A stretch of DNA of 20,000 nucleotides. It comes from an uncultured virus (IMG/VR IMGVR_UViG_2706794926_000001) (lineage: Duplodnaviria > Heunggongvirae > Uroviricota > Caudoviricetes). The DNA is taken from the IMG/VR virus record IMGVR_UViG_2706794926_000001; one strand, 5' to 3'. Under the pieces are notes generated by a model, which made no database searches, was not told the origin of the DNA, and worked only from the letters and a program-made list of their open reading frames with translations. Of this stretch, positions 1-7,480 are shown piece after piece; within the stretch, counting starts at the first letter, position 1; each line of letters starts with the position of its first letter. The position numbers and the translations under genes were made by a program.

Positions 1-115
1 ACCCTCCTGTGTTGCCACCCTGAGCACCCCAACATTCTAATCTATATTTCCCACTATAAGGAGTAATCCATGTTTGTGCTTGCCCAGTATAATTAAAAGT
101 AAAAATTTTTTGCAT
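1..115 (-). CDS. 5' part of a glycine-rich (ALK/LTK GRD, PF12810-like) protein G4, truncated by the window edge
   Basis: Not in the ORF track. Manual translation from ATG at 113-115 gives MQKIFTFNYTGQAQTWITPYSGKYRLECWGAQGGNTGG, matching the N-termini of the paralogues (FDYTGSIQEF..YKFEVWGAQGG). Strong RBS AGGAGG at 123-128. Confidence 0.9.
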   Translation of the reverse strand, partial: MQKIFTFNYTGQAQTWITPYSGKYRLECWGAQGGNTGG

Positions 116-206
116 AATAAACCCTCCTAAAAAGCACATATGCCATATTGCAAAATGATGTAGTTTTTCCCCTATTCAACCAATTCTATAGAGCCTTGTA
201 TAATTG

Positions 207-1045
207 CTAAAACTTATCTAAAGTATCAATTGTATAATCAAATGATTGTTTTGCAATCATATTAACTATCAATTCCTCATACTTATCTTTGAAACATACT
301 AACATTTCCGAATTAAAGTTATTATATACTTCTCTATCAATGCCCTTAAGTTTAGTATATCTATCATTATTTTTCCCATATAATGTTATAGAATTAAGTA
401 TTCCATCATATAAATTAAATTTAAGATTTAGATAAAAATCGTTAATTATAATATCCTTATTTAGCATACTACAATTTTTATATGATTTATCTTCACTAAA
501 ATCTAAAAATAATCTACTTTTAATTTATCATTTGAATTTATATCTAAAAATGTATGCTCAAATTCATAATGTACTGGCGTATATTTATTTTTTACTTTTA
601 TATTTGTTTTAGATAAAGCTATGTTTGATGGGATATAATTCATATCTAATTTAGAATCTTTATTAATATCAATAATACATATTTTTGAATTAGCATAATC
701 CAATATATCATTAGGAAAATAATAAACTCCATCTATCATAAATGGCTTATATAAATTAATTAATGGATATACAGCAGAAGTATATCCGCCATACCAGCCA
801 CCTCCGCCTTGTCCAATATTCCCACCATTTCCATCCCACACAACACTCCATGCATCTTGACCTCTTCCGAATGCATATCCACTGGTTTGAGTTGCTGGGG
901 AGCTTGTATTATTAGCACCCATTCCCCCAGTTAATCCCCCACCTTTAGCACCATAACACTCTATTTTTATCCTATATACACCCTCTGGTGGAATCCAAGT
1001 CTGCATTATCCCTGTGTAATTAAATGTGACTGTTTTTACTCCCAT
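207..1045 (-). pseudogene. Degenerate glycine-rich paralogue G3, split into ORFs 503..1045 and 207..467 by a 1-nt frameshift, with two apparent internal deletions
   Basis: One extra T in the minus-strand T5 run (505-509) joins ...DKLKVDYF to LDFSEDKSYKNCSMLNKDIIINDFYL...TIDTLDKF, giving about 279 aa colinear with the 464 aa paralogue. Residues of about 36-125 and 190-278 of that paralogue have no counterpart. RBS AGGAGG at 1054-1059. Confidence 0.8.
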
Positions 1046-1057
1046 AGTAAATTCCTC

Positions 1058-1702
1058 CTAAAAAACAGCTATACTATCCTTTATAATTGTGTTCCTCTCT
1101 ACAGATTTTGTTTTTTTGATTAATACTTGACTATATTTTTCTGGAAAAGTTACAGTCACTTGATTTATTGCTCCTGTATTAAAATTTGTATCATAATCAA
1201 TCCTCTTATATTCTCCTAATATATTTTCAAATAATTTATTTAGCAATTCTCCATCATTCAATTTTAATAAAATATAGCTATAATTTTTGCTAATATAGTT
1301 AATATATTTACATTTACTATTTACATAATCTTTGATGTATCTATCAGAATAGTTCTCAAAATATCTAGAGTCACAATTATTAGAATCATAGTAGTTATCC
1401 CAATTTTTTAAATCATTTGATACGAGCATCTTATGCTTGTTTTCAAATTGAATGTTCTCATGCTTTATATTAGTTAAATTTATAAGAATAAAAGCATTGG
1501 AACTATTTATTTTATAGACCATGCTCTTATTCTTATTAGCATTAAATAATACAATTTTAAAAGGTGCATATGCTTTTAACTCATCCCTTAAAGAATCTAA
1601 AAGGGATGAGTCAAAAGCATTTTCAATATTTAATGTAGTTTCAGCTAATTCATTATTTTCAATACCAAAGTATTTATTTCCTGAATATATAAGGCAATTC
1701 AT
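1058..1702 (-). CDS. Headless scaffold protein Y2 (about 214 aa), paralogue of 7481..8152; probable tail/baseplate accessory protein
   Basis: Likely start is ATG at 1702 (MNCLIYSG), after GAAAGTGGTG. Shares LVS.D...W.NY.D with the 223 aa protein and a C-terminal domain ending KDSIAVF with the G proteins. Confidence 0.8.
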   Translation of the reverse strand: MNCLIYSGNKYFGIENNELAETTLNIENAFDSSLLDSLRDELKAYAPFKIVLFNANKNKSMVYKINSSNAFILINLTNIKHENIQFENKHKMLVSNDLKNWDNYYDSNNCDSRYFENYSDRYIKDYVNSKCKYINYISKNYSYILLKLNDGELLNKLFENILGEYKRIDYDTNFNTGAINQVTVTFPEKYSQVLIKKTKSVERNTIIKDSIAVF

Positions 1703-1720
1703 TTTAAGCACCACTTTCGT

Positions 1721-2377
1721 CTAAGATAATTTATAATCTGTTAAATTATTTATACTATCTACCAGTTCTACTGGAAGTAAATCAGTAGTGTAGATATTAT
1801 ATTCACCAATTGTGCCTTGCAAAGTTAAATCTAAGGTTACATTATCTTTAGGCTTTGCTCCATAATCTGTTATTTCAACATATCTATCATCATATTCTAA
1901 TAAATCTTTTGTAGAAGTATTAATATTCAAGCTCTTATGGACAAGTGGTGTTCCAGTTTCTGTTTTTACAAAACACTCTATAAGAAAGTCACTTCCATCT
2001 CCTGAATTTGGGATTGTAACTGTTTCTCCAGCGCCTATATCCTTAAATACAAATTGCTCCACATTATTTATAAAAATAGAATCACCCGTTGGTCTCATAT
2101 CTGCAGAATTAAAATCCGCCTTAAGCTCATCATAATTATTATCAACCTTAATTGATAGATTACTGATATTGCTATTTGCAGTTTTTATATCAGAAGTATT
2201 CTGATTTATACTTTGATTATTATTTTCTATTTTAGTGATTAATTCCTTATTGTCGGAATCGACCTTTACTTCCAAATTAGAAATCTTAGAATTTAGTGCA
2301 GTAAGTTTATTTTTAAGATAATCATATAATTTAGTAGAATAATAAGTTAATCCACTATTGTCCAAATATTTTTTCAT
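1721..2377 (-). CDS. Coiled-coil fibre/adaptor protein X2 (218 aa), paralogue of 8149..8805
   Basis: N-terminal KYLDxxGLxYY motif typical of phage fibre proteins, then heptad-like repeats. INNVEQFV, IPN, LIEC and GAKPKD are shared with X1. TAATG overlap with the fibre gene. Confidence 0.85.
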   Translation of the reverse strand: MKKYLDNSGLTYYSTKLYDYLKNKLTALNSKISNLEVKVDSDNKELITKIENNNQSINQNTSDIKTANSNISNLSIKVDNNYDELKADFNSADMRPTGDSIFINNVEQFVFKDIGAGETVTIPNSGDGSDFLIECFVKTETGTPLVHKSLNINTSTKDLLEYDDRYVEITDYGAKPKDNVTLDLTLQGTIGEYNIYTTDLLPVELVDSINNLTDYKLS

Positions 2378-4194
2378 TAACTAATCACTCCTTTACTTTT
2401 CAAATAATTATCAAGATAAGAATTTAATTCACTTTTTTTAATGTAATCGCTATTAAAAGATATTATATTATCAGAATCATTAATATAATATAGCTTTTTA
2501 GTTACTTCATTAAATACAAACTTACCAATCCCTAGTTCACTGGATACTTTTTTAGAAGAGTCAATGCTCCAATTTCCAGCTACATCTACCATCCAAGTTG
2601 AATTTGTTCTTGAATCATAAATATATTTATTATCTTTATCAAATTTTATATCGGAAAAACTAGAATACATTTGAGATAGACAAGAATATCCATATTGACA
2701 TGGTCCTTTAAATTTACTTAGTAACTCATTAGAATTTAAATCAATGTCAATTTTATTATAAGCAGAAACTGTAGTTGAATTCATATCAGAACTATAAGTT
2801 GTTATCTTATCACCGTCTCTTATTATCTTCAATCTTATACCATTTGGTATATCTGCCCAATTACCGACAGTATCTGAGCTGATTGAATAATAACTTATTA
2901 ATTTTTCATCACTTCTATTATAGTTATATACAATTGCATATTGAGTTGATATATTTTCTACTAAAACATGAGACTCAAAGCTCCTCATTCTTACAACAGA
3001 AAGAGTATATTCTCTTCCAGCTGCATCTTTTGTAAATGCTATTACAGATCCTATGGCATCATTATCCATGTCTGTTGATGATATAGTAACTTCAAGATTA
3101 TAATTATCATATTTTTCTGGACTTATAAAACCAATATAACTGATAGAATTATTTTGACATATTATCTTTTTCTTATCCGAATCATATACCCAACCAGTAG
3201 TTTCTGATGTTACCGCTGGCTGACTTTCGCTACTATCATGTGAAAATCTATACCAAGTATTATAAATTACTGAAGGATCTATTAAGGTTACTTTTGCATC
3301 CTCAAGTTCCTTATCTGTTTCAATTATAGTTGCTTTATATAAAATATATCCTGGAGTTATTTCACTTGAACTATTGCCTTTTATATAATATACTTGCCCA
3401 TTATTTCCACATGGTTTTGATTTCCACTGTGCATCTCCATCAGCTTTCCATTCTAATATTTGGTCAGAATTACCTCCTGACGGAATATGGTTATATCCAG
3501 AACCCGTTGGATGAATATAATTCTTTACATTTGCTTCTATTCCATCTAATTTTATCTTATCTTCTTTTGACATTATTCCGTCAGCTGTTTCTGTCACTTT
3601 ATTTAAGGCAACATCTGCCCACTCTGCTTCTCCATCACTGTGCCATTTTAAATATTGTCCGCTAGCTCCTCCAACAGGAATATGGTTATATCCTCGTCCT
3701 ATGGGATGTATGTAAAAATTTGCATTTGCTTCTATTCCATCTAACTTAATCTTATCAAGTTTATCCATATACCCATCTTCAGTGTGCGTCACAAGCTCCG
3801 ATTTTCGGTAATATAAATCATTATGGTTATGAGGCAGTGGAATCCTTGCATCTGATAATCTTGGATCATTCCCTTCACATACTGTACCACTATCAGTTCC
3901 AAAAGGCCTGTTAAATGCTGAATATTTTGTTGGAATCTTAGGCTCACCATTTAAATCATCCAATGTTAATTTAACAACTCCGGACATATTGTTTATGCTC
4001 AACACTCCTGAAGCTTTCTCAAATATAATTTCTTTTTTTGCTCTCTTAACAGCTTCTGTAATTATTGACTCAACAGATTTATCTAAAAACCCAGGATCAT
4101 TTTCAATAAATCTTTTAAACATATTTAGGAAATATTTTTCCATTTCATCTAATTCTTTTGTATATGTTGCATCATTTTTTTTATCTATTCTCAT
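2377..4194 (-). CDS. Phage tail-fibre-like protein (about 605 aa) with a tandem 65-aa repeat and a C-terminal lectin-like (ConA/thrombospondin-C-like) domain
   Basis: Fibre motifs VLSINNMSGVVKL, GNDPRLSDAR, HNHNDLYY and DGxMxxxDKIKLDGIEAN (twice). C-terminal YDNYNLEVTISSTDMDNDAIG. Start moved to ATG 4194 (MRIDKK) because of the RBS AAGGGTGA. Confidence 0.85.
   Translation of the reverse strand: MRIDKKNDATYTKELDEMEKYFLNMFKRFIENDPGFLDKSVESIITEAVKRAKKEIIFEKASGVLSINNMSGVVKLTLDDLNGEPKIPTKYSAFNRPFGTDSGTVCEGNDPRLSDARIPLPHNHNDLYYRKSELVTHTEDGYMDKLDKIKLDGIEANANFYIHPIGRGYNHIPVGGASGQYLKWHSDGEAEWADVALNKVTETADGIMSKEDKIKLDGIEANVKNYIHPTGSGYNHIPSGGNSDQILEWKADGDAQWKSKPCGNNGQVYYIKGNSSSEITPGYILYKATIIETDKELEDAKVTLIDPSVIYNTWYRFSHDSSESQPAVTSETTGWVYDSDKKKIICQNNSISYIGFISPEKYDNYNLEVTISSTDMDNDAIGSVIAFTKDAAGREYTLSVVRMRSFESHVLVENISTQYAIVYNYNRSDEKLISYYSISSDTVGNWADIPNGIRLKIIRDGDKITTYSSDMNSTTVSAYNKIDIDLNSNELLSKFKGPCQYGYSCLSQMYSSFSDIKFDKDNKYIYDSRTNSTWMVDVAGNWSIDSSKKVSSELGIGKFVFNEVTKKLYYINDSDNIISFNSDYIKKSELNSYLDNYLKSKGVIS
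3420..3795 (-). repeat. Two-copy intragenic tandem repeat, period 195 bp (65 aa)
   Basis: ggaatatggttatatcc occurs at 3482 and 3677, and ttgcttctattccatctaa at 3531 and 3726. Protein unit: DGxMxKxDKIKLDGIEANxxxYIHPxGxGYNHIPxGGxSxQxLxWxxDGxAxW. Confidence 0.9.
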
Positions 4195-4204
4195 ATTTAT
4201 CACC
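4171..4204. repeat. Direct repeat copy 1 (RBS and first codons of the tail-fibre gene)
   Basis: atcattttttttatctattctcatatttatcacc; 31 of 34 positions identical to 5765-5797. Confidence 0.85.
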
Positions 4205-4318
4205 CTTAATATTAAATTTGAAATATTATTTCATTAATTTTATACTTAAATATAAATTCTAATAATTAATATACTTCTTAAAATTAGTAAATTTCTTATT
4301 ATTTTAATTCTTATATAT

Positions 4319-5713
4319 TTAAAATTTGTCTAAAGTATCATTTAAATACTCAAAATATTGTTTCGTAATTCTATTTATTAAAACTTGTTTATAATTACTA
4401 TTAAAAGTTATATAAGTATTAATATAATCATTTTCAATATTAAAATAATCAATACTCTGTTTGTAATTAATGTTCTCTTCACTATATAAGCTTATTGAAT
4501 TTAAAATACTTGTTTTGCTATCTAATTTAAAACTTAAATAAAAATCATCTTTAAGGATCTCCTCATACAACACGTCGCACGTATTATTTATATAATTTTT
4601 ATAGTAATAATCGAGACTATAACTTATATTTCTTTTGTCTGCGGCTATTATATTCAAATATGGATTAAATATATTATCATTAAATGGTGTGTATTTATCT
4701 TTAATTTTAATAATTGTTTTTGATAATGCACAAGAGGAAGGATTATAATCTAAAGTAATACTATTGAAATTTTTAAATTCAATTACAACTAATTTATACA
4801 AAGTAAAATTTATAATATCTGCTGGATAGAAACTTTCTCCATTTACCATAAAAGGAGCATTTAAATTTGGTATATTACTGGTATATATAAACTCCTTAGT
4901 ACGAGCTATTATTTCATCTATAGTAGCTTCCTTAAAAGTTTTCGTCGTAATGTCAAAATGCTCTTTATCAGGTATATATAGTTTAGTATCCTTTTCAAGA
5001 GCTACTATATTAGTTGAACAAAGTGATATTATTATTTTTCCATTGCCAGTTTGAACACCAGCAGTAGTACTTCCATCCCATAATCCGCTAATATAAGATG
5101 AGCCACCACCACCTCCACCATCATCATTACCTCCACATTCACCACAGCCTCCACCATACCAGCCGCCACCTCCGCCGCCGCCATATGAGTTCCCTACAGA
5201 ATTTCCACCTTGTCCGAAACTTCCATCTTGGTTATACCAACCACTATCTACTTGATTCCCCCTAGTACCACCACTTGTTTGAGTTCCACCATGGCCCAAA
5301 TAGTATGATGGGCCAACACCATCTCCACCGACAAGCCCACCTCCAGCACCACCTATATAATTCCATGTAGCGTTGGGGCCATAGCCAGTTCCGCCACCAC
5401 CTCCAGCGACAATAACTCTATTTGATAGCGAAGTCCCACCAATTCTAATATCACTAGCATCTCCACCAGAATATACTGAATAACCTCCTCCATTCCATAT
5501 ATTATTATAATTAGGACAAGCTCCTACATATATATATATTTTTTGTCCTTTAGTTAAATATATAAACCCTTTTGAATATCCACCTTTCGCTCCATTATTA
5601 TTTCTACTTCCACCTTGAGCTCCCCATACTTCAAATTTATAAAATGATGTATATGGTATGATAAACTCCTGTATACTTCCAGTATAATCAAAAATATATT
5701 GACTTATAATCAT
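4319..5713 (-). CDS. Glycine-rich (ALK/LTK GRD, PF12810-like) protein G2, 464 aa; putative receptor-binding/adhesin
   Basis: Diagnostic motifs WGAQGG, GGYSKG..L.KG+.IY+YVG, GGDASDIR, RVIVAGGGGG, GGGGGWYGGG, GGGGSSYI and GNGKIII, then a KLYIP scaffold and the C-terminus NDTLDKF. Confidence 0.9.
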   Translation of the reverse strand: MIISQYIFDYTGSIQEFIIPYTSFYKFEVWGAQGGSRNNNGAKGGYSKGFIYLTKGQKIYIYVGACPNYNNIWNGGGYSVYSGGDASDIRIGGTSLSNRVIVAGGGGGTGYGPNATWNYIGGAGGGLVGGDGVGPSYYLGHGGTQTSGGTRGNQVDSGWYNQDGSFGQGGNSVGNSYGGGGGGGWYGGGCGECGGNDDGGGGGGSSYISGLWDGSTTAGVQTGNGKIIISLCSTNIVALEKDTKLYIPDKEHFDITTKTFKEATIDEIIARTKEFIYTSNIPNLNAPFMVNGESFYPADIINFTLYKLVVIEFKNFNSITLDYNPSSCALSKTIIKIKDKYTPFNDNIFNPYLNIIAADKRNISYSLDYYYKNYINNTCDVLYEEILKDDFYLSFKLDSKTSILNSISLYSEENINYKQSIDYFNIENDYINTYITFNSNYKQVLINRITKQYFEYLNDTLDKF

Positions 5714-5787
5714 TAGAACACATCCATTCTATATAAAAAGCTTATTCGAATTTTAAAATTATATATCATTTTTTTATTTACTCTCAT
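5713..5787 (-). pseudogene. Relic of the tail-fibre 5' end forming a 24-aa mini-ORF (MRVNKKMIYNFKIRISFLYRMDVF)
   Basis: RBS GAAGGTGA followed by ATG AGA GTA AAT AAA AAA mirrors the fibre start ATG AGA ATA GAT AAA AAA. Its TAA (5713-5715) overlaps the G2 ATG (TAATG). Confidence 0.6.
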
Positions 5788-5797
5788 ATTTATCACC
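5765..5797. repeat. Direct repeat copy 2
   Basis: atcatttttttatttactctcatatttatcacc; differs from 4171-4204 by one T in the run and two substitutions. Confidence 0.85.
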
Positions 5798-5862
5798 TTC
5801 ACTTATTTAGAGTGAAAGTTGATTAAACTTTCTAATATTTCAACTACATTTAAAATTTCATT

Positions 5863-7479
5863 TTAAAATTCTTCTAAAGTCTCTATTTCTCTACAGATTA
5901 TATCTTTTGAGAATTTATTTATAATAAGTTCAGAATGAGGAGCTTTTAATTTTATATATATTTTATCTTTATTGCTATATATATCTGCATCTTCTTTCCA
6001 TAACTTTCTATAACTATTGCTGGTTTTTGCAATAAGTTTTATTTGCTTAAGTTTATCATTAGAATTATAAACATTATCAATAAAACCTATTGATAAATTA
6101 ATTATATTGGATTTTATAAAATACGATGACAAATCACCAGCCTTTATTCCAGCTTTGAATATATTATAAATAGAGTCCTTTTGCTGCTCATTATTATAAT
6201 AATCCTCATATTCTTTAATCATTACCTTCATATTTTTAGTAGTATTTATTGTAAAATATATATCAGAAAGTTCATCATATATAATTGCATCATCTTTTAA
6301 TTTTATTTGAGATTTCAATCTGACTTCTTCATTTATTTTGTAAACAAGTTTTAGTTGATTATAATCTTCAAAATTAGAATAATCACTACTGCACACTTTG
6401 ATTATTTTGTCTTTTTCTAAGTCAAAATAATGTAATGGGTTTATTGTTTTTACATCAGTCCCATTAGCTACAGTAAATGGATTAAATAATTCTATAGCAT
6501 TATAAATACATTGATCAAACACAATAATTGAATTATCAGAATATATCATATCATTATATACTTTAGATGCATCTTCTTCAGTTAACGGAATAAATTTACC
6601 ATAGTATTCTGAAAAAAAGTACTTATTGGGAATATATAATTTTTCATCATGCTTAATAAAATATAATGCCTGAGGGATATATGATATTTTCACCTTGCCA
6701 ATTCCAGGATTACCAACTACTGTTTCCGCTTGTATTGCATTACTTTGAGAATCATAATTTGGATTTGGCATTGTTAAATTTCCAGCTATTAGCATTGGTG
6801 TGTCTATACAATAATAATAGCTATCATCTATATATCCACTTGGTTTATATGAAGTTCCAGATAATACATATCCAGCACCTCCTCCACCTCCAGAATCATC
6901 ATCTGCACTACTATCTACAGATCCACCGCCACCACCATACCAGCCGCCACCGCCGCCGCCACTATAACCTCCCCATGCAGCCATTCCGTATCCGCCATAT
7001 CCAAATCCTCCTGGTACTCCACCTCCAGAACCGCTTTGTGTACCACCTAGTCCTGGGCTACCACATCTAGAAATTCCATTTCCTCCAGATAGCCCTCCTC
7101 CATATCCGTAATAGTCCACAGAAGTATTATATCCACAAGTACCACCGCCACCAGCTACAATGATTCTATTATTTAAGGTATCTGCTCCAACTCTTACATC
7201 AGAAGCTCCTCCACCATAACCTCCCCATCCGGCTCTACCGCCACCATTAACTCCATTATTATCTCCAACTTTAACAAATATTTTATCTCCAATTTTAAAT
7301 CTAAAAACAGCACATGCATATCCACCTCGACCACCCAATCCAGTTGAACTTCTTGCTGCAGCAGCAGACCCCCAGCATTCAATTTTATATATTCCAGGTC
7401 TTGCTTGAAATGAATATGCTCCAGATGTATTATATTCTGCTAAAACTCTAAACAAATTATAATTAATAGTGACAGCCAT
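5863..7479 (-). CDS. Glycine-rich (ALK/LTK GRD, PF12810-like) protein G1, about 538 aa; putative receptor-binding/adhesin
   Basis: YKIECWG, GGRGGYA, GGGASDVR, RIIVAGGGG, GGGGGGWYGGG, GGGGGAGYV and GIGKVKIS, then KLYIP and the C-terminus IETLEEF. Start moved to ATG 7479 (MAVT), with RBS GGAGG at 7489-7493. Confidence 0.9.
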   Translation of the reverse strand: MAVTINYNLFRVLAEYNTSGAYSFQARPGIYKIECWGSAAAARSSTGLGGRGGYACAVFRFKIGDKIFVKVGDNNGVNGGGRAGWGGYGGGASDVRVGADTLNNRIIVAGGGGTCGYNTSVDYYGYGGGLSGGNGISRCGSPGLGGTQSGSGGGVPGGFGYGGYGMAAWGGYSGGGGGGWYGGGGGSVDSSADDDSGGGGGAGYVLSGTSYKPSGYIDDSYYYCIDTPMLIAGNLTMPNPNYDSQSNAIQAETVVGNPGIGKVKISYIPQALYFIKHDEKLYIPNKYFFSEYYGKFIPLTEEDASKVYNDMIYSDNSIIVFDQCIYNAIELFNPFTVANGTDVKTINPLHYFDLEKDKIIKVCSSDYSNFEDYNQLKLVYKINEEVRLKSQIKLKDDAIIYDELSDIYFTINTTKNMKVMIKEYEDYYNNEQQKDSIYNIFKAGIKAGDLSSYFIKSNIINLSIGFIDNVYNSNDKLKQIKLIAKTSNSYRKLWKEDADIYSNKDKIYIKLKAPHSELIINKFSKDIICREIETLEEF

Positions 7480-7480
7480 A

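Noticed and set aside
242..260. Inverted repeat atgattg-N5-caatcat
   Set aside because: Short, AT-rich and inside coding sequence; likely chance.
461..505. TAG stop-codon reassignment explaining the split G3 gene
   Set aside because: Read-through of TAG at 503-505 hits TAA at 461-463 and never enters the 207..467 frame. TAG also terminates other genes exactly at the conserved terminal Phe.
5100..7330. ccaccaccg-type GC-rich runs as microsatellites, CRISPR repeats or foreign DNA
   Set aside because: Explained by glycine codons of the GRD domains. There is no repeat-spacer periodicity and no Gly-X-Y collagen pattern.
1..7479. Shufflon or invertible tail-fibre cassettes
   Set aside because: All paralogues are co-oriented with their own starts. 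No inverted recombination sites or invertase are visible.
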